Part shown: positions 49,528 through 59,293 of the stretch, piece by piece
How positions within the stretch are numbered: the first letter of the stretch is position 1
Layout: the number at the start of each line of letters is the position of its first letter
Assembly: GCA_963705505.1 (NCBI GenBank)
Contig: CAVPJU010000001.1
Location: forward strand, 160,001-224,000
Source: an uncultured bacterium
Lineage (GTDB): Bacteria; Desulfobacterota_D; UBA1144; Nemesobacterales; UBA2774
DNA length: 64,000 nucleotides
Direction: 5' to 3'
Position numbers and translations under genes: made by a program
The notes under the pieces: model-generated
Seen by the model: only the letters and a program-made list of their open reading frames with translations
Database searches by the model: none
Told to the model about the DNA's origin: nothing

Positions 49528-50379
49528 ATGGCTAAAGAACCGTCAGCTTCGGGAGGAAAAGGAAACGGGGCAAAATCCAAGAAAAAGAAAACCGGTCTTG
49601 ATTTTACGAACATTCTCTATGAAAAGAAGAACAGGGTCGCCTACGTGACGATAAACCGCCCGGAGGTGCGTAATGCGCTTAATTCGGAAGTACGGGAAGA
49701 GCTCGCGATCGCGATCGAGGACGCGTGGCTCGACGAGGGTATAGGCGTTATTGTCCTCACGGGCGCGGGCGGAAAAGCGTTTTCAGCGGGGGGAGATTTG
49801 TCGTGGATAGTCGATCCTGAGAAAAAGGTCGATGCGAAGTACATGCTCGTTCATTACAGGCTGGCGACGGCTATGCGGTCTTGCGGGAAACCAATTATCG
49901 CCAGGGTTGACGGCTTCTGCGTAGGCGGCGGGAACGAGTTAAACATGCTCTGCGATTTGACCATAGCGTCGGATACTTCCATCTTCGCTCAGGCTGGTCC
50001 TCTCGTCGGCAGCGCGCCTATATGGTACGGGCTCCAGCAGCTCCAGCATTCGGTCGGGGACAAGAAGGCGAGGGAAATAGTTTATCTATGCAACAGATAC
50101 ACGGCACAGGAAGCGATGAATATGGGCTGGGTAAACAAAGTGGTGCCCCAGGACAAGCTCGATGAGGAAGTGGACGCCTGGTGCAAGAGCCTCTTGGAGA
50201 AGAGCCGTCAGTCGCTCCGGATCGCGAAGCTGCAGATAAATTTCATATCCGATATGGCTTACCCCCAGATCACGCACGGCCTCGAGCTCGCGCGGTATTT
50301 CCTGAAAGCCCCTGAGATGGTCGAGGGAGCGACTGCGTTCCTTGAGAAGAGAAAGCCTGATTTCTGGGGAGTGGATTAA
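49528..50379 (+). CDS. Crotonase-family enzyme (MenB/BadI-like)
   Basis: INRPEVRNA, AFSAGGD, GGGNEL, FAQAGPLVGS and FLEKRKPDF motifs; ATG 49528 with AGGAGG. Confidence 0.85.
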   Translation: MAKEPSASGGKGNGAKSKKKKTGLDFTNILYEKKNRVAYVTINRPEVRNALNSEVREELAIAIEDAWLDEGIGVIVLTGAGGKAFSAGGDLSWIVDPEKKVDAKYMLVHYRLATAMRSCGKPIIARVDGFCVGGGNELNMLCDLTIASDTSIFAQAGPLVGSAPIWYGLQQLQHSVGDKKAREIVYLCNRYTAQEAMNMGWVNKVVPQDKLDEEVDAWCKSLLEKSRQSLRIAKLQINFISDMAYPQITHGLELARYFLKAPEMVEGATAFLEKRKPDFWGVD

Positions 50380-50402
50380 ATATTCCTATTCGGGAGTGAC
50401 GG

Positions 50403-50747
50403 ATGTCTAAAGAGGCGGAAATAAAATTTCTGGTCAAGGTCGATGATAACGGTGTGCCGGATGAAATATACTGGAGCGCAAGCGATGCGGAGTTCGAGGG
50501 CTTGATGCCGTGCGACTCGCTCATGATATCCGTGTGGGACAGGGGGGAGAAGAACACAATGAGCATCGACCTCTGGACTAACGAGATGCAGGTGGGGGAA
50601 ATGAACGCTCATTTCTATTTCACTTTGATGAAAATGGCCGATACCTACAAGAGGGCGACGAATAATAGCGAGCTCTCCGATATGATAAGGAACTTCGCAA
50701 ACGAGTTCGCCAGGAAAGTGGACGAGTTTGCGAAAAAGGTAAATTAA
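50403..50747 (+). CDS. gldC: GldC-family protein
   Basis: EIKF.V..D.N.VP..I.W.A.D, S.WD, IDLWT.EM and MADT..RAT pattern of Bacteroidota GldC. Confidence 0.8.
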   Translation: MSKEAEIKFLVKVDDNGVPDEIYWSASDAEFEGLMPCDSLMISVWDRGEKNTMSIDLWTNEMQVGEMNAHFYFTLMKMADTYKRATNNSELSDMIRNFANEFARKVDEFAKKVN

Positions 50748-50760
50748 ATTCCGTACTCCG

Positions 50761-51693
50761 TCATCTGAAAGCGGACATTACCTCACCGGCAAAAAACCGG
50801 AGCGTGTCGCGGTTCATGATGTCCGAGAAAAAGACGGTATACTTCGTAATCCCTTTTTTCCGGTTCTCTTCTATCTTCCGTATGCACTGGTCGGGCGTCC
50901 CGACTATCCCTATTCTTTCTATATCCCCGAAGAACCCGTACCTCATCTGGGCCTTGGGGAGCTTTTCGGCAAGCTCTGCCTTGTCCTTTGCCAGAACGCA
51001 GACAGTCTGCTGAGATATTCTTATGTCGTCGGGGTTTCTGCCGATTGCGCGGCAGTGGCCCCTCAGCGCCTCGAGCTTCTTTCCGAATGCGTGTGTGTGA
51101 TTGGCCGGGCAGTTCCATTCATCGGCGAGCTCCGCTGCGACCCTGAGAAGGTGTTTTTCCCCCGCGCCGCCTACGATGACGGGAGGGTGCGGCTTCTGGA
51201 CAGGCTTCGGGTTGCAGTAAGCGTCCTGTATCCGGTAATAACTTCCGTTAAAACTGGGTTTCTCCTCAGTCCACATGGCCTTAATGATCCTGAGAGACTC
51301 GGATAGCTGCTTTATCCTGGTCACGGCGTCCGGGAACTCGTATCCGTAAGCACTGTACTCAGGCTCGAACCAGCCCGCTCCTATCGCGAACTCGAGCCTG
51401 CCCTTGCTTATGACATCGAGGGTCGATGCCATTTTCGCTAGCAGGGCCGGGGGTCTGAACGAGTTGCACAACACCATAGTCCCCAGCCTCACGTTGGAAG
51501 TGACTGTGGAGAGGGCGGACATGAGAGTCCAGGCTTCGTAAATGTCCAGGTCCACGCCGCCCATTCCCAGGATGTGGTCGTAGAACCAGACTGAGTGATA
51601 GCCGAGCTCGTCGCAGAGCTCTGCCGTCTCCCGAATCTCTCCGAATCCGATCTTCTGCTGGCGCAGCATAACGCCGAAGTCTATCCTGGGCAT
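50761..51693 (-). CDS. LLM-class (probably F420-dependent) oxidoreductase
   Basis: WFYDH, EAWT, RLGTMV, LDVISKGRLEFAIGAGW, PKPVQKPHPP and GGAGEK motifs. Confidence 0.88.
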   Translation of the reverse strand: MPRIDFGVMLRQQKIGFGEIRETAELCDELGYHSVWFYDHILGMGGVDLDIYEAWTLMSALSTVTSNVRLGTMVLCNSFRPPALLAKMASTLDVISKGRLEFAIGAGWFEPEYSAYGYEFPDAVTRIKQLSESLRIIKAMWTEEKPSFNGSYYRIQDAYCNPKPVQKPHPPVIVGGAGEKHLLRVAAELADEWNCPANHTHAFGKKLEALRGHCRAIGRNPDDIRISQQTVCVLAKDKAELAEKLPKAQMRYGFFGDIERIGIVGTPDQCIRKIEENRKKGITKYTVFFSDIMNRDTLRFFAGEVMSAFR

Positions 51694-51849
51694 CTTTCCT
51701 TCCTCGCGCTCTTTAAATTGTAGGACGAATCACTTTAACAGAGTGAAATCAGGGATTCAAATCCTTCTTTATAAGTACGTTTCCCGGTTTGACACCATGT
51801 GTTATATACTATAACTTTAGTGGCCGATAAAGCAGGAGGACCAGGACTT

Positions 51850-52522
51850 ATGAAAAGCGGATTTTTAACTTTTTTCTCAGGCAAGAAATCGATTCAGTTC
51901 CGATTTATGACGGGCATACTTGTTTGTCGTGATGCTCGTTCCTGCGGTTTTTCTGACGTCCGGATGCAAGCAGGACAAGTCGAAGCCGGGACAGACTGAC
52001 AATGTAAAAAGCGAAGCAGAAGGAGGTAATCCGGTGGTTATCATGTCGACATCAAAAGGGGATATAAAGATCGAGCTCTTTAAGGATAAGGCTCCGATCA
52101 CCGTCGAGAACTTTTTATCGTATGTAAACGACGGCTTTTACGACGGGACTATATTTCACCGCGTTATACCGAACTTCATGATTCAGGGCGGAGGATTTAC
52201 ACCCGACTTGGATCAGAAGCCAACGAAGCAGCCGATAAAGAACGAGGCGACGAACGGGCTCAAGAACGAAAGGGGGACTCTGGCGATGGCCCGCACGCAG
52301 GTCGTGGACAGCGCCACGTCACAGTTTTTCATAAATCTCGTAGACAACAGCTTCCTCGATAACGGAATCAGGGATTACGGGTACGCCGTATTCGGCAAGG
52401 TAATCGGCGGCATGGACGTTGTGGACGCGATAGGCGCCGTCCAGACAGGGCACAAAGGCATGTACGGTGACGTCCCGCAGGAAGATGTGGTGATTAAGTC
52501 GGTTAAAATCGTTCAGCAATAG
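51850..52522 (+). CDS. Cyclophilin-type peptidyl-prolyl isomerase, lipoprotein (probable +1 frameshift in signal region ~51912-51921)
   Basis: [28 protein letters not shown] and YAVFGKV motifs; lipobox TSG-C. The RBS-preceded ATG 51850 is one frame off the TTG-started ORF at 51920. Confidence 0.88.
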
Positions 52523-52559
52523 AGAAGACGTTTTTTTATCGCAGTTCCCGTAAATCGGG

Positions 52560-53156
52560 CTAAAGCACTCCCCTGAAGCTCCGTCTGTGGATCGGGCAGG
52601 GGCCGTATTTTCTTATCGCTTCCATGTGTTCTCTGGTCGGATACCCTTTATGTGTCCTGAAATTGTATTCGGGATAGAGCTCGTGGTATTCATCCATTAA
52701 CTCGTCCCTTCTGACTTTGGCGAGTATCGACGCAGCGGCGATGGAGCAGCACCTAGAGTCTCCCTTTATTATCGTTTCCTGGGGTATGAGGAGTGACGTC
52801 CTTTGATTGCCGTCAATGAGGAGGAAGTCCGGTTTCCTCCCGAGCTTGTTAACGGCGATCTCCATCGCAAGCAGTGACGCCCTGAGGATGTTTATCCTGT
52901 CGATTTCTTCATGCTCGACTATACCGATTGCCAGCGCGAGGGCGGTAGAGATTATCCGCTCGAGAATTTCCACTCTCTGGTTGTGAGTTAGTTTCTTCGA
53001 ATCGTCGAGGCCGTCGAGCGTAAATACTTCGGGGAGGATTACGGCGGCCGCTACAACGGGTCCCGCAAGAGGCCCTCTCCCCGCTTCATCTACGCCCGCG
53101 GGTATTTTCCCCTTTGCCCAGATTCCTTTCTCTATCATAAGATCAGGGGGACTCAT
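52560..53156 (-). CDS. rnhB: Ribonuclease HII
   Basis: GVDEAGRGPLAGPV, DSKKL, IDGN, KGD, SIAAASILAKV and HKGYPT motifs. Confidence 0.96.
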   Translation of the reverse strand: MSPPDLMIEKGIWAKGKIPAGVDEAGRGPLAGPVVAAAVILPEVFTLDGLDDSKKLTHNQRVEILERIISTALALAIGIVEHEEIDRINILRASLLAMEIAVNKLGRKPDFLLIDGNQRTSLLIPQETIIKGDSRCCSIAAASILAKVRRDELMDEYHELYPEYNFRTHKGYPTREHMEAIRKYGPCPIHRRSFRGVL

Positions 53157-53239
53157 ATGCTCCGTCGTCTGACCGCAAGCCCCGTAGTTTTAAATTAATG
53201 CGACTAAACCCAAACTCTCTTTTTATACAAACCTTCGTC

Positions 53240-54118
53240 TCAATTCAGGATACCGTAATCGGTGAGCGCAGTCCTGAGCTCTTCAAAATTCTTCTCGGAC
53301 ATCTGGCAGAGAGGAAGCCTGTATTCATAGGCGATTTTATCCATCATGCTGAGAGCGGCTTTAACCGGAATGGGGTTCGTTTCGAGAAAGAGCGCATCGT
53401 TCAACGGGAGGAGCCGGTAGTGGAGGTCCCTGGCCTTCTCGAATTCCCCTTTGGAAAAGAGGTTGTAGAGCTCGGCGACGTCCCTCGGGGCGACGTTCGC
53501 CGTAACCGTAATGAATCCCCTTGCGCCTATCGCGAGGAGCGGGAAATTAAGCGCGTCCTCGCCTGAATAGAGCAGAAAGTCCATCCCGCAGAGGTAGAGT
53601 ATCTTACTCGCCTGTGTGAGCGACCCGGAAGCCTCCTTTACCCCGATGATGTTCCTGCAATCCCTTGCCAGTCTCGCTATCGTTTCGGGATTCATGTTGA
53701 CGCCCGCCCGTCCGGGGATATTGTAGAGGATGAGCGGAATATGGACCTGGGATGCGATCTGTTTGAAGTGCAGGTAAAGCCCTTCCTGCGTAGGCTTGTT
53801 ATAATAGGGAACGACGAGGAGCGCCGCATCTGCCCCTATCTGCTCTGCGAACCTCGTGAGCCTGATCGCTTCCTTCGTGCTGTTTGAGCCCGTCCCCGCG
53901 ACTACCGGGACGCGTTTTTTGACCGCCTTGACCGTGAGCTCGATAACGTATTCATGCTCTTCGTGCGATAGAGTGGGGGATTCCCCTGTCGTGCCGCAGG
54001 GCACGATGCCGTGAGTGCCGTTTTCGATCTGGAATTCGATAAGCTGCTTAAGCGCGTCTTCGTCGATTTTCCCGTTTCTAAAGGGTGTCACTATGGCGAC
54101 TAGAGATCCGTAAATCAT
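53240..54118 (-). CDS. dapA: 4-hydroxy-tetrahydrodipicolinate synthase
   Basis: GTTGES, PYYNKP, LYNIPGR, GVKEA and ETNPIPVK motifs. Confidence 0.96.
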   Translation of the reverse strand: MIYGSLVAIVTPFRNGKIDEDALKQLIEFQIENGTHGIVPCGTTGESPTLSHEEHEYVIELTVKAVKKRVPVVAGTGSNSTKEAIRLTRFAEQIGADAALLVVPYYNKPTQEGLYLHFKQIASQVHIPLILYNIPGRAGVNMNPETIARLARDCRNIIGVKEASGSLTQASKILYLCGMDFLLYSGEDALNFPLLAIGARGFITVTANVAPRDVAELYNLFSKGEFEKARDLHYRLLPLNDALFLETNPIPVKAALSMMDKIAYEYRLPLCQMSEKNFEELRTALTDYGILN

Positions 54119-54242
54119 TTAAAACCTCCTTCGACTGGCTGCATTTCATTATATTGAAGCCGTGTTGTAAATCAAGAAAACCCAATACAAAGACTAAGAG
54201 GAGCGGAGAGACCCGGATTTAGCTTTCCGCGGGAATTGAATT

Positions 54243-54794
54243 TTATTCCGGGTTGTGGAGGTTGGCGCCGCAGTCCGAGCAAAAATGACTCCCACGGAGA
54301 ATCCTGCTCCCGCATTTACCGCAGTACATAAACTCGTCATCTATCATATTTTTTAACACGTCCCTCGCGTTCCCTATAGCTTCATTGATGGTTTCTTCGA
54401 GCTTCGCGCAGTGGTTTGAAGCATGTCTCGGGAATTCTATAATATCTTCGTGTCCGGGAGAGTTAATGGTGAGCTTAGGCTCGGAATTGTCGAGCTCAAA
54501 ATAGATTTGTGTAATGCCCGCGAGAGGAATGTCCCTGAACCTCTTAAACCCGGATGAATTTCTGGCGATTATTATCCTATGGCTCGTGAGAATGAACCAC
54601 GAGTTAAAGTACGTGTTGCTGTCCACAAATCTGGGGGCTTTGTATATGGCCCTCCAATCGAGGAGCGTGACGAGGATGCTCTCTTCCTCTTTGAGGTATT
54701 TCTCGACCCCTCTCCTGATCCCCTGAGGGAGCTCGGAGTAGTTCCTCGTCTCGAACATGCTCATGAGGCTTTTCACCGCGTCGGCTATTGCCAT
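54243..54794 (-). CDS. Bacterial PH-like domain protein with C-terminal zinc ribbon
   Basis: ILTSHRII pattern; CGKCG...FCSDCG; start overlaps asd stop (TAATG). Confidence 0.7.
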   Translation of the reverse strand: MAIADAVKSLMSMFETRNYSELPQGIRRGVEKYLKEEESILVTLLDWRAIYKAPRFVDSNTYFNSWFILTSHRIIIARNSSGFKRFRDIPLAGITQIYFELDNSEPKLTINSPGHEDIIEFPRHASNHCAKLEETINEAIGNARDVLKNMIDDEFMYCGKCGSRILRGSHFCSDCGANLHNPE

Positions 54795-55816
54795 TACATG
54801 TAGTCCCTTATGAGGAGCTCCGCGATCTGAATAGCGTTGAGCGCGGCTCCTTTTCTCAGCTGGTCTCCCACGACCCAGAAGCTTAGACCTGCGGGTACAG
54901 TATAATCCTCCCTTATCCTCCCCACAAGGCATTCGTCCCTCCCAGCGGCATCGATCGGCATCGGGTACTTCAGATTCTGCGGCTCGTCGACCACCTTCAC
55001 ACCGGGGAATTTGCCTAGGGCTTCCCTCGCCTCTTTGATCGTTATCCTCTTTTCGGTCTCTATGTTGACCGAAACCGAATGTGCCCTGAATACGGGTACC
55101 CTCACCGTCGTTGCGGTCACCGCTATAATGTCGTCTTCCAGGATTTTGCGGGTTTCGTTATGGAGCTTCATTTCCTCCTTCGTGTAGCCGTTCTCGAGGA
55201 AGCTGTCGATGTGGGGGAGGAGATTGAATGCGATCTGGTGCGGGAATGTCTTCGGATGAATCTCTTCCGAATTCGCCCACGCGAGCGTCTGTCTGCGAAG
55301 CTCCTCGATCGCCTGAGCACCCGCCCCCGAGACGGCCTGGTAGCTCGATGCGACTACCCTCTTAATCCTGGCCAGATCGTGCAGCGGCTTCAAGGCCATG
55401 ACCGTGACTGCAGTAGTGCAGTTGGGGTTCGCGATGATACCCCTTTTTTTGTATCCAGCGATTGCATGGGGGTTTATTTCGGGCACCACGAGCGGTACGT
55501 CCTCTTCCATACGGAAAGCGGAGCTGTTATCGATGACGACGGCCCCCGCGTCCACCGCAGCAGGGGCGAATTCCTTGCTCCTCGACCCTCCCGCGGAGAA
55601 GAGAGCTATATCTATCCCGCCGAAGGAGTTTTCGTCGAGTTTTTTTATTTCTATCCTGCTCCCGTTATGTTCAAGTTCCTTTCCTGCGGACCTTTCGGAC
55701 GCAAGCAGCGTGAGCTCTTTGAGGGGGAAGTTCCTTTCCCTGAGTATATCCATCATTTCCTGTCCCACTGCTCCCGTCGCGCCCACTATTGCGACGTTAT
55801 AACCGTCACTTTTCAT
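54794..55816 (-). CDS. asd: Aspartate-semialdehyde dehydrogenase
   Basis: GATGAVG, DNSSAFRM, ANPNCTT, YQAVSGAG and DQLRKGAALNA motifs. Confidence 0.96.
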   Translation of the reverse strand: MKSDGYNVAIVGATGAVGQEMMDILRERNFPLKELTLLASERSAGKELEHNGSRIEIKKLDENSFGGIDIALFSAGGSRSKEFAPAAVDAGAVVIDNSSAFRMEEDVPLVVPEINPHAIAGYKKRGIIANPNCTTAVTVMALKPLHDLARIKRVVASSYQAVSGAGAQAIEELRRQTLAWANSEEIHPKTFPHQIAFNLLPHIDSFLENGYTKEEMKLHNETRKILEDDIIAVTATTVRVPVFRAHSVSVNIETEKRITIKEAREALGKFPGVKVVDEPQNLKYPMPIDAAGRDECLVGRIREDYTVPAGLSFWVVGDQLRKGAALNAIQIAELLIRDYM

Positions 55817-55859
55817 TTCTTCTCTTCCTCCGGATTGAATTGCGCAGTACCGGCGTGCA

Positions 55860-56303
55860 TTACCGGCAATATTTTTTTTCGATCTTGCTTACCTTCTCAA
55901 TGTTCGGCTTCTCGTTCTCTTCCGGGGCGGCGCTCAGCCAGGCGTCGAGCATTTCCTTCGCCACCACAGGGGAAGTCGTCCTGAGACTCATGGCCAGTAC
56001 GTTGGCGTCGTTCCATTTCCTCGCCCCTTCCGCGGTCTTGGCGTCCCAGCATAGGGCGGCTCTGATTCCGGGCACCTTGTTTGCGGCTATGCTTACCCCC
56101 GTCCCTGTCCAGCAGAAGAGTATGCCCTGATCGCAGGCTCCTTCCCTCACCCTCTCGGAAACCTTTTCGGCCACATCCGTCCACTCGAGCTTCTCGCCCT
56201 TAAGCGGTCCGTGGAGCTCGACGTCGATCCCCTTTTTCCTGAGCTCTTCAACTACGAAATCCGTTAAGTGCGTACGCTCATCGCTTCCGACGGCTATCTT
56301 CAT
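55860..56303 (-). CDS. RpiB/LacA/LacB-family sugar-phosphate isomerase
   Basis: GSD, CWTGTGVSIAANKVPGIRAA and WNDANVL motifs. Confidence 0.88.
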   Translation of the reverse strand: MKIAVGSDERTHLTDFVVEELRKKGIDVELHGPLKGEKLEWTDVAEKVSERVREGACDQGILFCWTGTGVSIAANKVPGIRAALCWDAKTAEGARKWNDANVLAMSLRTTSPVVAKEMLDAWLSAAPEENEKPNIEKVSKIEKKYCR

Positions 56304-56418
56304 TTGACCGGCCTTCTACCTTTCTTTCTCAAGTATTTTAAATGTGTTGCGGCCGGGCTTCAAGCTCAGGATGGTAAATACTCAATCATTGCCGGTGAGA
56401 AAGCCTCTTTCTTCGGTT

Positions 56419-56748
56419 TCAGCTCCGATACTTTATTACCTTGACCTTCTCCATCGTGACGATGCCGTTCGTTACGCTTTCGTCGAGATAGGGGAGGAGC
56501 TTCTTGATATTCTCTTCGTCGTCCACTATTTCTATTATTATAGGCAGGTCCTCGGACAGGCGGAGGATCTTTGCCGTGTGTATTTTACTGTTTGCGCCGT
56601 ACCCCATGATACCCCTTAAAACCGTTGTGCCGGCTATATGGAGCTCCCTCGCCGTGTATACGATATGTTCATATAGGGCCTTACCCTTGTAGCTGTCGCT
56701 CTCTCCGATAAAGATCCTGAGGAGCACCTCCTCTTTAAAAATGTTCAT
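56419..56748 (-). CDS. DUF190 (PII-like) protein
   Basis: LRIFIGESD, GTTVLRGIMGYG and LSEDLPIIIEIVD; adjacent to crcB. Confidence 0.92.
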   Translation of the reverse strand: MNIFKEEVLLRIFIGESDSYKGKALYEHIVYTARELHIAGTTVLRGIMGYGANSKIHTAKILRLSEDLPIIIEIVDDEENIKKLLPYLDESVTNGIVTMEKVKVIKYRS

Positions 56749-56757
56749 CTGTATCTC

Positions 56758-57144
56758 TTACCTCCCAATGCTGAACAGCAACCTTGCCGCGATAAATCCC
56801 AGAAATACCATACCCAGGCCGAGTATGTTGCTTCCGAGAATATTTAAGAGCGCGTAGCCTAGCTCCTTCTCTCTCAGGAGATTGAAGGTCTCGAGACCAT
56901 ATGTGGAGAAAGTCGTATAAGCTCCTATTATCCCAATGAATATAAACGACCTCATATGCGGCGAAAAGGAAAGGTTTTCGAACATCTGCCAGAGAAAGCC
57001 TATCGCCAGGCAGCCGCTGAGATTTACGACCAGGGTTCCCCAGGGAAAAGCTCCGCTGGCATAGTTATGAACAAAGCCGGATACCGAATACCTCAGCAGG
57101 GCTCCGGCTGCGCCTCCTATGGCAATGAATATTAGATTCGACAT
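56758..57144 (-). CDS. crcB: Fluoride efflux channel Fluc/CrcB
   Basis: GGAAGALLRY, FPWGTLVVN and GAYTTFST motifs. Confidence 0.94.
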   Translation of the reverse strand: MSNLIFIAIGGAAGALLRYSVSGFVHNYASGAFPWGTLVVNLSGCLAIGFLWQMFENLSFSPHMRSFIFIGIIGAYTTFSTYGLETFNLLREKELGYALLNILGSNILGLGMVFLGFIAARLLFSIGR

Positions 57145-57279
57145 TGTAGCTCCCGGATTTGAATATATCAGAATCGTATGGAGGAAAATGATAACATACA
57201 AATTTTATTTGTACCTTTATGGAATTTAGCCGTTAATTAAAGTAATTTTAAGTTCCTGGAGGGATTTGACCATTTAATC

Positions 57280-58050
57280 ATGTCCTGGGACCCCGAGCTT
57301 TATCATAAGTTTCAAGCCGAGAGATTCGCGCCGTTCGAGGACCTGCTGAATTTGGTCGTTGCCGGTGAAGGGCTCAGGGTGATCGATCTGGGGTGCGGTA
57401 CGGGCGAGCTGACCTCCATGCTGGCCGACCGTCTGCCCGGGAGCGACGTTCTGGGGATCGATTCCTCTCCCGAGATGCTCGAGCAGGCGAAATCGAAAGA
57501 GAGGCCCGGACTCAGATTCGAGCTGAGGGCGATAGAAGACATAACCGGCGAGTGGGACCTTGTATTTTCAAACGCTGCGATACATTGGGTGGAAAACCAC
57601 AATCAATTGATACCGAGGCTGTTTTCCGCGGTAAGTCCGGGCGGACAGCTCGCGGTCCAGCTTCCGTCTAACCATAACCACGAATCCCAGATATTGATAC
57701 ATGAAATAGTGAAGGAAGCCCCGTTTGAAACCGCGCTAAAGGGGTGGTCCAGAAAATCTCCCGTACTATCGATAAATGTGTACGCCGAACTTCTATATAT
57801 ATGCGGCGGTATGAACATAAATGTCTTTGAGAAGGTGTTCCCTCACGTATTGAGGGATACGGATGCCGTTACGGACTGGCTTTCAGGTACCGTGCTGCGG
57901 CCTTATTTTGAACGTCTTTCCGGGAAGCTCCGCAAGCAGTTCATGGACAGATACAGGAAAAGGTTGAGGGAGATATACCCTTCCGATCCCGTTTTCTATC
58001 CTTTCAGGCGTATATTCTTTTCAGCGATGAAAACAAATTTACAGGGTTAG
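57280..58050 (+). CDS. Trans-aconitate 2-methyltransferase-like SAM methyltransferase
   Basis: MSWDP..Y, DLGCGTG, SNAAIHW, LAVQLP and YPFRRIF motifs. Confidence 0.85.
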   Translation: MSWDPELYHKFQAERFAPFEDLLNLVVAGEGLRVIDLGCGTGELTSMLADRLPGSDVLGIDSSPEMLEQAKSKERPGLRFELRAIEDITGEWDLVFSNAAIHWVENHNQLIPRLFSAVSPGGQLAVQLPSNHNHESQILIHEIVKEAPFETALKGWSRKSPVLSINVYAELLYICGGMNINVFEKVFPHVLRDTDAVTDWLSGTVLRPYFERLSGKLRKQFMDRYRKRLREIYPSDPVFYPFRRIFFSAMKTNLQG

Positions 58051-58135
58051 AAATTATCAATCTGGGACTATTAGAGTATTGAATTGCGGAGTCTTAATAT
58101 AATTTACGACAGAGGATGTAAGAAAGGAGATACCG

Positions 58136-58804
58136 ATGCCGGTGAAGAGATTTTCTAAAAGAGAGGCGATAGAGTTCGGGTGGCGGACAATGAGAGCCAA
58201 TCTCGGTTTGTTCATCGTATTTATGCTGATCTCGTTATTGGCCGGCTCCTTTTTCAGCGGGTTCGCCGGTTTATTTGAAAAACGATTGCCTTTGTTCTCG
58301 ACTATTTTCAACCTGGGTTATATCTTTCTGACTATCGCGATAAATATAGTCGGCATAAAAATAGCCTTGAAGTTCTGCGATAACGACGAAAGAGAAATTG
58401 CGCAAGTTATATCCTTTACCCCTTCGCTGTTTTTGAGGTTTGCGGGCGGCTATATCTTATATAGTCTCCTGGTTGCGGCGGGTTTCATATTATTGATAGT
58501 CCCGGGAGTTATCTGGATGGTCAAGTATCAGTACGTAATCTATTTCATCACGGACAGGGATATGGAGATAGGCGAGGCGTTTAAGAGGAGCTCCGAAATT
58601 ACAAACGGAGTGAAGTGGGAGCTTTTCGCTTTTTTAATATTATTATCATTGATTAACCTGGCCGGCGTTATCTGTTTCTTCGTGGGCTTATTGGTTACCA
58701 TTCCCGTTACTATGGTCGCAATGGCATACGTTTATAGAAAGTTGTCAGGCACGTCGGCGGCCGATACGGTGAACCCCTTTCAAGCGCCCGGGCATGCAGG
58801 CTGA
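58136..58804 (+). CDS. Integral membrane protein (DUF975-like)
   Basis: Multiple TMs; LLIVPGV, A.KRS...T.G.KW and GLLVTIP. Confidence 0.75.
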   Translation: MPVKRFSKREAIEFGWRTMRANLGLFIVFMLISLLAGSFFSGFAGLFEKRLPLFSTIFNLGYIFLTIAINIVGIKIALKFCDNDEREIAQVISFTPSLFLRFAGGYILYSLLVAAGFILLIVPGVIWMVKYQYVIYFITDRDMEIGEAFKRSSEITNGVKWELFAFLILLSLINLAGVICFFVGLLVTIPVTMVAMAYVYRKLSGTSAADTVNPFQAPGHAG

Positions 58805-58833
58805 ATATGACCGGAAAGGAGTAAATTCGGGTA

Positions 58834-59280
58834 ATGGGTAAGGTTTACAGACACACGCAAATAGGGTACTTGATGATTTTTGTCGTCGGTAGCGGCCTCT
58901 ATCTATTATTGAACTTTTTCTATCTTCACGGGTTCAATATCTTTTTTGTCGCCGTTTTTGCATTACTGGCGGTTTGCCTGTTATTGTTCGCCGCTTTGAC
59001 TGTCACAGTCGACGGTCAAAATCTTTCCATTCGTTTCGGCATAGGGATCATCCGCAAGAAGTTCCCGGTGAGAGAGATCGACTCGACCGAGGTAGTCAGG
59101 AATCCCTGGTACTACGGGTGGGGGATTAGGAAGACGCCCGACGGCTGGCTCTATAACGTGTCCGGGTTGCTCGCGGTCGAGCTCCGGATGAAGAACGGAG
59201 AAAAATACCGGGTCGGCACAAACGATCCCCTTGGTTTGAGAGAGGCTCTCGAGGGGGTTATGGCCGAGAAACGGGGCTGA
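58834..59280 (+). CDS. Membrane protein with two TMs and PH-like soluble domain
   Basis: YRHTQ, WYYGWGIR and YNVSG motifs. Confidence 0.75.
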   Translation: MGKVYRHTQIGYLMIFVVGSGLYLLLNFFYLHGFNIFFVAVFALLAVCLLLFAALTVTVDGQNLSIRFGIGIIRKKFPVREIDSTEVVRNPWYYGWGIRKTPDGWLYNVSGLLAVELRMKNGEKYRVGTNDPLGLREALEGVMAEKRG

Positions 59281-59293
59281 GGCGGAATCTATT

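Noticed and set aside
57145..57279. Fluoride riboswitch upstream of crcB
   Set aside because: No GGCGATGG...GCTGATGAC-like consensus on the minus strand
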